A stretch of DNA of 64,000 nucleotides from an uncultured Gemmatimonadales bacterium (GTDB taxonomy: Bacteria > Gemmatimonadota > Gemmatimonadetes > Longimicrobiales > RSA9): NCBI GenBank assembly GCA_963798085.1, contig CAWCRS010000009.1, forward strand, positions 192,001-256,000, given 5' to 3'. Position 1 is the stretch's first letter. Each line of letters starts with the position of its first letter. This document shows positions 47,792 to 57,499 of this stretch, one piece after another. The translations under genes were made by a program, and so were the position numbers. A model generated the notes under the pieces. The model was not told the origin of the DNA, ran no database searches, and saw only the letters and a program-made list of their open reading frames with translations.

Positions 47792-49816
47792 ATGCCATTG
47801 CGATCGCCGTTTCTCGTGCTGCTGCTGCTGGCGCCGTGCGTACCGCACGCACTCGCCGCGCAGGTGCCGCCACCTGTACGCCGGGACACCATGCATCAGC
47901 ACGGTGACTCGCTGTCCCGGCCCGTCGTGCCGCTGCGCGAAATCACCGTGGCCGCCACTCGCGCACGCCGCGACGAGCCCATGGGCGCGACGCAGGTCAC
48001 GCCGCTGGAGCTGCAGCGTACGCCCTCGATCGACACTTATGAGCTGCTGCGCCAGACTGCGGGCCTCGAGGTGCACGACCAGGGACAGGGCCCCGGCTTT
48101 GCCTCCGATGCTTCCCTGCGTGGCTTCAGCTCCGACCATTCCACCGACCTCGCGCTCTGGATCGACGGCGTGCCCATCAACGAGCCGGTGAACGGCCACG
48201 CCGAGGGCTACAACGACTGGAACCTGCTCTTCCCGGAGGCCGTGAGCAGCATTGACGTGATCAAGGGCCCGTCCAGTCCGCTCTATGGTAATTTCGCGTT
48301 AGCGGGCGCCGTCAACGTGCGTACCCTCGAGCGCATGCAGGGCAGCCGCGCCTGGCTCTCGGGCGGCGCATACGGCCGCGCCGAAGGCGGTCTCATGGCG
48401 GGTTTCGATCACGGCACGTCGGGCGGCGTGTTCGGGTTCCGTGGCCAGCGGGAGGACGGCTGGCGCCCCAACAGCCGCAATACGCTGGGCCAGGGCCATG
48501 CCCGTCTGGTGCAGGCGCTTTCCGCCAGCACCACGCTGGATGCCGGCCTCGAGCTGTACGGCGCCGGCTGGGACTCGCCCGGCTTCCTGACACTCGACCA
48601 GTTCAATGACAACCAGTTCGATCTCGTGTCCGATCCCACCGATGGCGGTTACAAGCGGCACGCGCAGGAGCGCGTCAGCCTGCGCACGCTGCTGCCCGAC
48701 GGTGTGCTGTGGCGCACGACGCTCTACGGCACGCAGGGTCGCTGGCAGCTGTTCCTCACCACGCCGCCCGAAGGCGGCGGCGAAGAGGGCACCGGCAGTC
48801 AGACCGAAGAAGAAGATCATCGCTACGGTTTCGGCCTGACCAGCGCGCTGACCACCGTGCGCGGTCGCGTGGAAGCCACGGCCGGTGTGGAAGGACGCTG
48901 GGATCACTCCGACTACGAGAACTGGCTGACCACGCACCGCGTGCGTGACGAAGCGCAGGCCGATGTGGTGGCGCACCAGGTTTCGGGTGCGGCGTTCGTC
49001 GAAAGCCTCATCGACGTGACCCGGCATTTCCGACTCACCGCCGGCGGCCGCTACGATGTGCTCGGCACGCGCTCCACGCCACAGGGCGCGACCGAAACGC
49101 TGAGTGACACGAAGGCCCTGCTCTCACCCAAGCTGGGTGCACTGCTGCACCTGCGCCACGGAGCCGAGCTCTACGTCAATGCTTCGCGCGGCTTCCGTCA
49201 GACGGATGGCGTGATCGACGACCCGACACTGCCGTTCATCACGGCGTGGGCGTACGAGAGCGGCCTGAAGCTGGACGCCGGCCGCGTAAGCGCCGATGTC
49301 GCCCTGTTCCGCATGGATGTGAGCAACGAGCAGACATTCGACCCGATAACACTTGCGTCGACGAGTGGCGGACGCAGCCGCCGGCAGGGTGTCGAGCTGG
49401 GACTGCGCGCCGATCTCTCCGATGCGCTGTCGCTGGATGGCGACTGGACCTTCAACGACGCGAAGTACCGCGAGCTGGTCACCGAAGACGGCGACACGCT
49501 TTCCGGCGCACGCGTCTTCAACACCGCCAAGTACGTCGGCTCGGCGGCGCTGCAGCTGGAGCCTCCCGCATCCATCTGGAACGTGCGCCTGGGCACAAAC
49601 GTGGTCGGGCCGTACACGCCGTTCGATGAGCCCGGCACCGTGGTCTCCGCCTACGGGCTGCTGCACGTGAGTGGGGGCGTACGCATCCAGCGCGCGCTGC
49701 TCGAACTGGGTGTGCGCAACATGCTGGATCACAAATACGCCGAGCTGCGCGCGGGTGGCTTCGTTTCGCCCGGACAGCCACGCTCCGTGTATGCCACGCT
49801 GCGGTACGCGTTCTAG
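47792..49816 (+). CDS. TonB-dependent receptor
   Basis: Signal peptide, EITVAATR TonB box, LRGF..IDGVPIN, IDVIKGPSSPLYG plug motifs, C-terminal YAF. Confidence 0.92.
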   Translation: MPLRSPFLVLLLLAPCVPHALAAQVPPPVRRDTMHQHGDSLSRPVVPLREITVAATRARRDEPMGATQVTPLELQRTPSIDTYELLRQTAGLEVHDQGQGPGFASDASLRGFSSDHSTDLALWIDGVPINEPVNGHAEGYNDWNLLFPEAVSSIDVIKGPSSPLYGNFALAGAVNVRTLERMQGSRAWLSGGAYGRAEGGLMAGFDHGTSGGVFGFRGQREDGWRPNSRNTLGQGHARLVQALSASTTLDAGLELYGAGWDSPGFLTLDQFNDNQFDLVSDPTDGGYKRHAQERVSLRTLLPDGVLWRTTLYGTQGRWQLFLTTPPEGGGEEGTGSQTEEEDHRYGFGLTSALTTVRGRVEATAGVEGRWDHSDYENWLTTHRVRDEAQADVVAHQVSGAAFVESLIDVTRHFRLTAGGRYDVLGTRSTPQGATETLSDTKALLSPKLGALLHLRHGAELYVNASRGFRQTDGVIDDPTLPFITAWAYESGLKLDAGRVSADVALFRMDVSNEQTFDPITLASTSGGRSRRQGVELGLRADLSDALSLDGDWTFNDAKYRELVTEDGDTLSGARVFNTAKYVGSAALQLEPPASIWNVRLGTNVVGPYTPFDEPGTVVSAYGLLHVSGGVRIQRALLELGVRNMLDHKYAELRAGGFVSPGQPRSVYATLRYAF

Positions 49817-49935
49817 CAGTCCGTAACCGGAATTTCCGCTACGGTCGAGCGCCGCGACTGGCGCCCGCGCGCCACGGGGCCGCATATACAGGTGGAGACG
49901 GTCCACGGGCGGGTTCTCGACCATGCGGGGGCGCC

Positions 49936-51040
49936 ATGCGATTCAGCAGGTTGTTGTGCGGGGGGGCGGTACTGGCAGTGCTGGCGTGCAATCGCGTGCC
50001 TCGCCGTGACGGCAGAATCGAGCTGAACATCGGCTCGGGCGCGGGCGATGCGCCCGAGCGCATTGGCGAGGTATCAGGGCTCGCGCAGGACAGCGCGGGT
50101 CGCATTTGGATCGCCGAGCCGCTGGCCAGTGAAGTGCGGGTGTTCGGTCGCGACGGCGCTTTCCTGTTCGCCTTCGGCGGGCGAGGCGAGGCTCAGGGTC
50201 AGCTGGACACACCCTGCTGCATCAACTTCGACGCGCAGGGCCGGCTCTGGGTCCACGACGTGGGCAATGCCCGATACACGGTGTTTGCCCCGGGCGCATC
50301 CGGGGCGACACCGCTGTTCTCCGTTCCCAGCATCAAAGTCGATCGCACGTTCCGCGCACCCATCCGTTTCGATGCCCAGGGCCAGCTCATCGATGTGCGC
50401 CCCGGCGCAGCCACGGGCGGTGGTGGCTTCCTGCTCTTCCGCGTCGACACCACGGGCGCCACGCACGGCTTCACGCAGATCCCCGATGCACCCTCCGACA
50501 GCCTGGGCGTGATAACACTGCGCAACCGTGGCGACCTGGTCTTCATCCATCTGCCCTTCGGGCCTCATCTGCTCGTCGCCTACGCGCCCGACGGCGGCTT
50601 CGCCCGCGCCCTTTCGCAGTACTATCGCGTGGCCTGGTACGACGCGCGCGCCACATTCCTGCGCCGACTCGAGGAAAGCGGGCACGGACCCGTGCTGGAA
50701 CAGGATCAGCGCACCGAGGCGGCCCGTCAGATCACCGCCGATGCGCGTCAGTCCGGCATGGACCCCGCCGAGCTGGCCGCGGTCGTACCGCTGCGCAACC
50801 AGAATGCTGGCCGGCCTCTGGTTCGACCGCGCCGGCCAGTTGTGGGTCGAGCGCGTCGCACGCGTGGGCCAGCCCCGCCATGCCGACGTGTACGATCCGT
50901 CGGGTAACAAGGTGTTTACGGCAAGGTGGCCGAAGGAAGTGGATTTCTCGAAAGTGAACTGGATGGGCGCGGACTACGCACTCGGCATCATGCCTGACAC
51001 CACCGGCATCACGCACGTCGTGCGCGTCGTCTGGCATTGA
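49936..51040 (+). CDS. NHL/6-bladed beta-propeller lipoprotein, frameshift near 50803
   Basis: VLAC lipobox; paralog of 37623..38774 (CC doublet, PDSLGV, LAGLWFD). Confidence 0.82.
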
Positions 51041-51187
51041 ACCCGCGGCGCACGAACCCGCGGGCTGATCCCCGCTGCCGTAGCGGCAGCAACAGCGGTC
51101 CCGGTTCCTGTCCGTTGCGTCGACAGCGCGCCATCAGGTGAAGTCGGCAGGCGACGCGCTGCCGACAGTGTGACGCCCGGCGCAGCC

Positions 51188-52627
51188 TCAGCGCAGGCCC
51201 ACGGTCCCGCGCACGGACGCGATCAGGCGCGCGGGGTCGTAGCCGGTGCCGTCCTTGAAGACGATCTCCACGTTCTCCACATCCGCAATGCGCGTGGCGG
51301 GATCACCGCGCACGACAATGAGGTCGGCGGCCTTGCCGACCGCAATGGAGCCGGTGTGGTCCTGCACGCCCAGGAACGTGGCGCCATTGAGCGTCGCCAC
51401 ACGCACGGCCTCCACGGGAGAGAGCCCCGCCTCGACCAGAAGTTCGACCTCGCGCTGATTCGAGAATCCGGCCACCACCCCGCCGTAGCCCGTGGGGTCC
51501 GTACCCGAAACCAGCAGACCGCCCGCGCGCACGTACGCGACCTCCATGTCCATCATGTTGCGGAAACGCCGTCGCGCCTCGCTCAATGTGTCCGGTGCAA
51601 TGCGCGAGAACTGGCGCAGATACTGGTCGCGCACATCGGGCAGCATCGCATCCAGCGCGCGATCCGGCGCGCGCGGCCGGCCGGGCACGGTGGTCTCGAA
51701 TATCGTGAGCGTCGACGTGATGGCGACGTGCGCGCGCACCAGGTCCTGGATCAGGCTGCGCGCCGCATCGCCCTGCGGGTCGAGTTGCGTGAGTGAGGCG
51801 CTGGCGCCGCCCGGACAGCGGTCCGGCTGCTTGTCCGTAACGAAATCCGTGCTGGCAAAGAAGCCGTGCTCCAGATTGTCGATCCCGATCGCCGCTGCCT
51901 CACGATACGTGACCGAACACAGATGCCCCGTCACTTTGAGTCCGCGGCGGTGCGCTTCTGCCACCACGGCGCGCAGCTCATCACGCGTGATGTGCATGTA
52001 CGCCTTGAACGACGTGAACCCCTCATCCGCCCAGTACGCCGTCATGCGCTGAGCGTCCGCCACATCGCGCAGTGCCTTCACTGCCGGTATGGGCAGGCCG
52101 GGGCCGTTCAGATAAGGCAATGTCAGGAACATCTTCGGTCCGGGTGTCGCGCCTTCATCGATCGACTTCTTGATGTTGACGTCGGCGTACGGCACCATGC
52201 TGCCGCCCGTGCGGATCGTCGTCGCGCCGCCCGCCAGGTACAGCCGCGGGAAACTGTAGCCCAGCTCGTTGTACATCGCATTGCCGGCCGGATAGAACAT
52301 GTGTTCGTGCAGCATGACAAAACCCGGCAGCACCGTGCGCCCCGCCAGATCAATGACTTCCGCGCCGGCCAGCGACGCACCTGCTGCATCGCCTGCGTAC
52401 ACGATCACGCCGTCCCGGATCACGATCGTCTGGTTCGCCTTCGCAGGAGAGCCCGTGCCATCAATGACCCGCACATTGGTGAGCGCGATCGTCGGCGCAC
52501 TCGTGCGCACGAACGCCTGCACCTGCGGCCCCAGCGTTCGCTGTCCCCGTACCGGCGCAGCCAGCCCCAGCCATACCACAGTGAGCAGACAGGTCTGCCA
52601 CAGCACGAATCGACAATGCACGCGCAT
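51188..52627 (-). CDS. Exported amidohydrolase (imidazolonepropionase-like)
   Basis: LPGFVMLHEH, VTGHL, LEHG, SGTD, GSIAVGKAADL. Confidence 0.9.
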   Translation of the reverse strand: MRVHCRFVLWQTCLLTVVWLGLAAPVRGQRTLGPQVQAFVRTSAPTIALTNVRVIDGTGSPAKANQTIVIRDGVIVYAGDAAGASLAGAEVIDLAGRTVLPGFVMLHEHMFYPAGNAMYNELGYSFPRLYLAGGATTIRTGGSMVPYADVNIKKSIDEGATPGPKMFLTLPYLNGPGLPIPAVKALRDVADAQRMTAYWADEGFTSFKAYMHITRDELRAVVAEAHRRGLKVTGHLCSVTYREAAAIGIDNLEHGFFASTDFVTDKQPDRCPGGASASLTQLDPQGDAARSLIQDLVRAHVAITSTLTIFETTVPGRPRAPDRALDAMLPDVRDQYLRQFSRIAPDTLSEARRRFRNMMDMEVAYVRAGGLLVSGTDPTGYGGVVAGFSNQREVELLVEAGLSPVEAVRVATLNGATFLGVQDHTGSIAVGKAADLIVVRGDPATRIADVENVEIVFKDGTGYDPARLIASVRGTVGLR

Positions 52628-52791
52628 GGAGAATCCAGCCTCGTCTGATGGAAGAATGTCAGCGCAAGATAAAGCCGGCATCCGATCCGCACAGCAGGCG
52701 AGGGACACAACGCCTCCTGCGTTGCACCACTGCCAGCTGCTAGTGCCCGGTTATCAATCCGCGCAACGGAAAAGGGCCGGGACCCAACTCG

Positions 52792-52892
52792 TCCCAGCCC
52801 CCGGCCCCAGCCCGCCGTTCAGTCCGATCCCGGCCCCAGCCCGAGCCCCAGCCCGCCGTTCATCCGTTCCCGAGCAACCAGCCCCAGCAACG
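52792..52892. repeat. C-rich CCCAGCCC(G) tandem/dispersed repeat
   Basis: cggccccagcccg and ccagcccgccgttca repeated; related units at about 31038, 41913 and 57323. Confidence 0.65.
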
Positions 52893-52908
52893 TCTTCCAG
52901 CAGTTCAA

Positions 52909-54408
52909 TCAATACCGCGGCACCGCAGGATCGACCTCGTCGGACCATGCGAGGATCCCGCCCTTGAGGTTCCAGAGCCGGCGGAAGCCCGCGTCACGCA
53001 GCTGGCGGAGTGCCTTGCCGCTGCGCGCGCCCGAGCGGCAGTACAGCACGATTTCGTCGGCGCTGCTCAGCTCGTTCATGTGCTCGGGCAACGTGCCAAG
53101 CGGGATCAGTCGTGCGCCATACAGTCCGAGATTGCCGATTTCCCATTCGTGCGGCTCCCGCACATCGACGAGGACCAGCGGCTCCTCTCTGTCGAGGCGC
53201 TGCTTCAGCGTCGTCGCCGTGATCTCCGGGATAGTCTTCTGCTCGGCCTCTTCCGCCGCGTGTGCCTGCGGGATGCCGCAGAACTCATCGTAGTCGATGA
53301 GGCCGGTGAGCGTGGGGTGCTCGCCGCAGATCGGGCAATTGGGATCCTTGCGCACCTTCAGCTCGCGGAACCGCATGGCCAGCGCATCGAACAGCAGCAG
53401 CCGGCCGATCATGGCGTTGCCGCGATCGATGATGAGCTTGATGCCCTCGAGCGCCTGCAGCGTACCGACGATGCCGGGCAGCACACCCAGCACGCCGCCC
53501 TCGGCGCAGCTGGGCACCAGTCCGGGCGGCGGCGGTTCGCGGAAGAGGCAGCGGTAGCACGGCCCCTCCTTCGCGTAGAATACGGAGAGCTGCCCCTCGA
53601 AGCGGAAAATCGAGCCGTAAACATTGGGTTTGCCCAGCAGCACACAGGCATCATTGACGAGGTACCGTGTGGGGAAATTGTCGGTGCCATCGATCACGAT
53701 ATCCCAGGGCTCGAGGATCTCCAGCGCATTGTCGCTGCGCAGCGGCGTCTCATGCCCGATCACATCAATGTGCGGATTGATGTCGAGCAGCCGGTCGCGC
53801 GCGGATGCGATCTTGGGCCGGCCCACATCCTTCGTGCCGTGCAGCACCTGGCGCTGCAGGTTGGTTTCGTCGACGACATCGAAGTCCACGATCCCAATGG
53901 TGCCCACACCCGCCGCGGCGAGGTAGAGACCCAGCGGCGAGCCCAGACCGCCCGCGCCCACGCACAGGACCTTCGCCGCCTTCAGCCGCTTCTGCCCCTC
54001 CATGCCCACTTCCGGCATGATCGAGATGGCGGCTGTAGCGGCGGATCTCCTCCGCCGACAATGCGACATCACCCGCGCGTGCCGCGAGCAATGCCGAGAG
54101 TAATGTCGCCTCTTCCAATGCGGTTCCCCCTGTTGCCCCGCCGGCAATGCTGGGCACAATGGTAATGGTGTCGCCCTCGTGGATGCGCGCAGCCGCGCCA
54201 CCCAGCGCGCGCGCGTCATCCTCGTTGATGTACGCGTTCACGAAATTGCGCAGACTGCCGCGCTCATCATAGAGGTGCGGCCGGAGCGATGGATGCTGCG
54301 TCACCAATGCTCCAGCGCCTCGCCCACCGTGGCCGCCGCAACACTGACCTCCTGTCCGCCGCCCGCGTACTGTTTCAGCGCCGCCGGTATCCGTATGGTC
54401 ACGCTCAT
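52909..54408 (-). CDS. moeB: MoaD/CysO-like sulfur carrier fused to MoeB/MoeZ E1 enzyme and rhodanese, frameshifts near 54305 and 54023
   Basis: MSVTIRIPAALK...TIVPSIAGG continues in frame to LSAEEIRRYSRHL; then GAGGLG, NLQRQ, CYRC, CPIC and rhodanese CRSGARS. Confidence 0.85.
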
Positions 54409-54430
54409 TCTGACCCCGCAGTCTCGTGTC

Positions 54431-54856
54431 TCAGTCCTCGACGTGCATGACTTCTTCTGCGAACGACGACCGGTCCTCCGCCATGCGCCAGGCTCTGGTC
54501 TCCGCCGGCTCACCCTGACGCACGCTGACGATCAGGTAGGTATACCACGGCCACGAGTGCTCGAGGTCGAAAGCCGAAGGCGATGCCGGATGGTCGGGGT
54601 GCGAGTGGTAGAAGCCCACGATCTCGAGGTCATCACGCGCGGCCGCGCGCTCGATCTGCAGCATGGCATCGGGGGGAATCAGGTAGCGCCGCTCGCGCTC
54701 ATCCGTGCGCGCGTTCGCCACACTCGCCACGCCCGCAATGCGGCGCATGGCGCCGTCCTGATCACGGCCCAGCAGCACGCCGCAGATCTCCTCGGGATAA
54801 CCGTCCCTTGCGGCCTCACGAATGACCGCGAGATGCAGCTGCTCAATGCGTATCAA
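54431..54856 (-). CDS. JAB/MPN+ (M67, Mec-like) metallopeptidase
   Basis: YPEEICG and YHSHPDHPASPSAFD (JAMM motif). Confidence 0.92.
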   Translation of the reverse strand: MIRIEQLHLAVIREAARDGYPEEICGVLLGRDQDGAMRRIAGVASVANARTDERERRYLIPPDAMLQIERAAARDDLEIVGFYHSHPDHPASPSAFDLEHSWPWYTYLIVSVRQGEPAETRAWRMAEDRSSFAEEVMHVED

Positions 54857-54915
54857 TCCAGGCTCCCGTCGCTCAGGGTCTCAGCAAACCCGTATTCAGC
54901 AATCGGCCGGCCGCT

Positions 54916-55875
54916 TCATGCGCCCGGTCCGTTCTCGGCGCGCAGCCAGGCTTCCGAGAGGTAGCGCTCGCCCGAGTCCGGCAGCAGCGTGGCGATCACC
55001 GAATGCACCGGCGCTTCCGCGGCAACGCGCAGCGCGGCCACGACGTTGGCGCCGCCCGATACGCCCGCCAGCAGGCCCTCTTCGCGCGCCAGCCGACGGG
55101 CCATCCGCTGCGCATCCTCGGTCTCGATCTCCATCATCCGATCCGCCAGCGAAGGGTCGTAAATGCCCGGCACGATCGCCGTGGGCATGTGCTTCAGACC
55201 TTCCAGCCCGTGAAACGACGAAGCCGGCTGCACCGCGATGAGCACGATGTCATCACGGTACATGCGCAGCCGGCGGCCCGTCCCCACGAAGGTGCCGCTC
55301 GTACCCAGGCCGGCCACGAAATGCGTGATGCGACCGCGCGTCTGCTGCCACAGCTCGTAACCCGTGCCCTCGAAATGCGACTGCACGTTCGCCCGATTGT
55401 TGTACTGGTCCGCGTAGAAGTAGCGCTCCGGAAACTCTGCGGCACGCCGTCTTGCCTCACGGATGGCGCCGTCCGATCCGAATTCCGCCGGCGTGATCAC
55501 GAGCCGCGCGCCGTACGCCCGCAGCATCTGCTTGCGCTCCTCACTGGCTGTTGCCGGCAGGCAGATCTCGCAGCCGTAGCCGCGTTCCGCGCACAACATG
55601 GCGTATGCGATCCCGGTGTTACCCGAGCTGGCGTCGAGGAGTGTGCGACCGGCACGCAGCAATCCCTGCCGCTCGGCCGCACGCACGATCGCCAGCGCCG
55701 GCCTCGCCTTCACACTGCCGCCGGGATTCTGCCCTTCCAGCTTGACCAGCACGCGCGCACCACCCGCCGGAGCCAGGCGCTGCAGCGGCACCAGCGGTGT
55801 GTGGCCAATGGCCGCCTCCAGCCGGCCAGCGGGCTCATCCAGCTCGGAGATGACGACGTGGGGCATGGATGACAT
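54916..55875 (-). CDS. cysM: PLP-dependent cysteine synthase (CysM/CysK family)
   Basis: IGHTPLV, KLEGQNPGGSVKAR, SSGNTG, GLGTSGT, GVSGGAN, LPDSGERYLS. Confidence 0.9.
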   Translation of the reverse strand: MSSMPHVVISELDEPAGRLEAAIGHTPLVPLQRLAPAGGARVLVKLEGQNPGGSVKARPALAIVRAAERQGLLRAGRTLLDASSGNTGIAYAMLCAERGYGCEICLPATASEERKQMLRAYGARLVITPAEFGSDGAIREARRRAAEFPERYFYADQYNNRANVQSHFEGTGYELWQQTRGRITHFVAGLGTSGTFVGTGRRLRMYRDDIVLIAVQPASSFHGLEGLKHMPTAIVPGIYDPSLADRMMEIETEDAQRMARRLAREEGLLAGVSGGANVVAALRVAAEAPVHSVIATLLPDSGERYLSEAWLRAENGPGA

Positions 55876-55891
55876 CGTCGCGTACTCCAGG

Positions 55892-55936
55892 AAAAAAGAA
55901 CGGCCGCGGGCTTCAGAATATCTGGCCCACGGCCGC
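55892..55936 (-). terminator. Intrinsic terminator in the 5' leader of the cysteine operon (attenuator terminator)
   Basis: GCGGCCGTGGGC-loop-GCCCGCGGCCGT followed by TCTTTTTT, about 16 nt upstream of the cysteine synthase start. Confidence 0.8.
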
Positions 55937-56050
55937 TGGGTTCGGAGAACCGACCGCCCCCTGAATGGGCGGCCTCAGCCGTCGGCCCCAGGGGCGCCGC
56001 ATCATGGCGCCCAGGCTCGAACAACAGCAGCTGCGACGGCAATCGTGCAT
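55913..56050 (-). CDS. Cys-rich leader peptide (MHDCRRSCCCSSLGAMMRR...)
   Basis: Four Cys codons in the first ten, including TGC TGT TGT, upstream of a terminator and a cysteine synthase. Confidence 0.65.
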   Translation of the reverse strand: MHDCRRSCCCSSLGAMMRRPWGRRLRPPIQGAVGSPNPAAVGQIF

Positions 56051-56492
56051 CACGTTTTTCGGTCCCCGCCAGGTTTCACGAGCGGGCCCATCCGGCACCC
56101 GCTTCACAGCCCTTCAAACCCGCGCGCCGCGATTCCGGTTCCAGACCTTCGCCAGTGTCGGCAACACATCCTGCCGCCGCGTCGCTCGCCGCAGCACGAT
56201 CTCGCTCCCCGCGCGCGTCCGCTGATCGAGTTCGCTGGCCTCTGCACGTCGACAGGGTCAGCCGTACGGATTTGCTCACACCGGGGTCACAGGGGGACTG
56301 AGGGGCGCAGTTCGGGGCTGCGGCTGGCCGTCCGCGAGGGGCTTGGTGAGGCAGTTCGATTTTCCGCATCCCCGGCAACCCGCCGGGACGTGGAGCTGCA
56401 ATTCGAGGTGATGTCGGCCGGCGCGGCGCCCGCTAACTCAACGTTACAACCGCCGCCCGGCCATCCCTCTGCTCTCCGGGTGGACGGAGAGG

Positions 56493-57135
56493 TCAGGCGG
56501 TCTTGCGCTCGAACGCGGCGGCTTTCACCTCGCTGCGCGACAGGCCCTTCTGCTTGCGCCACGCCATCTCGTCGGTGTAGGCGTCAGCGAAGAACTGCGC
56601 CACCTCGTCGGCCGGTGTCGCGATCATGGGGGCAGTGGGCCGCTCCCGCGTGAACCGCAGGTGCAGCGCGGCGGGTGTCAGTCCGGGTGCACGCACCTTC
56701 GTGCGTCCCGGATGCTCGTCCAGTCCGCCGCCCATGCGGGCATTCGTCACCGTGAAGCTGGTGCCGTCCTGGTAGCGGCAGCAGAATGTCGCAGAACACG
56801 CCCGCCTGCGGATGCTCGTAGACCACCGCGATCGCCGCCTCATCCTCTTTCACGAGAAAGTGCAGGGGCAGGTTCTTCATCTCGGGTACGGTGAAGCTGC
56901 CCGCCGCCACGAAGCCTCGCCGCTGCAGGGATTCCACCGCCGACCTCGCCTCGGGCCTGGCGGGGGGGCCGCTGGCAGGATTCAGCGTGATCGCATCCGG
57001 CTGACTCGCCAGCGCCGCCTTGCCGATCGCATTCCCCGCCACCGCGACCACCAGCCTGTGGAACAGGTCCGGCCGCAGCTTGATGATGGCGTAGATGAGG
57101 CAGAGGATACCGATCCAGAGAAGATCGCGACTCAT
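56493..57135 (-). CDS. Hypothetical membrane-anchored protein, frameshift near 56786
   Basis: MSRDLLWIGILCLIYAII TM segment; joins ORFs 56584..57579 and 56493..56843. Confidence 0.65.
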
Positions 57136-57499
57136 GGCCGTTTCCGCGTCCGCAGCACGGGTCACCCGGGGAACGGGCGTATGGTCCCAGTATCGACAGC
57201 GCCCGGATACGGGGTGAATCGCGACTGGAACGCCCCCAGCCGCTTCACCATGCCTATCCGACTGCAATCGCCAGTCGAAAAACCGTTCTCGATCTCCGGC
57301 CAGCCCGACTCCCAGGGTCGTTCCCAGCAACCAGCCCGAGCCCCAGCCCAAGCGACGCCGTTGCAGTCCGCCTGCCCAACCCTCATGGAAAAACGCCTCA
57401 TTGCGATGCGCCCGACCGCGAGTCCAGATTCGGCGGTCGCCAACCAGTCGGGTGGCGATCCCGCAAGGAATCAACGCCTGGAAAGCGAGCGGAACCGCA

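Noticed and set aside
52792..52892. CRISPR array
   Set aside because: The units are short and degenerate, with no unique spacers of regular length and no cas genes.
52909..54856. E1 + JAB + Ubl as an antiphage system (CBASS/Bil-like)
   Set aside because: No E2, cyclase or effector is present. The rhodanese domain and cysteine synthase indicate sulfur transfer.
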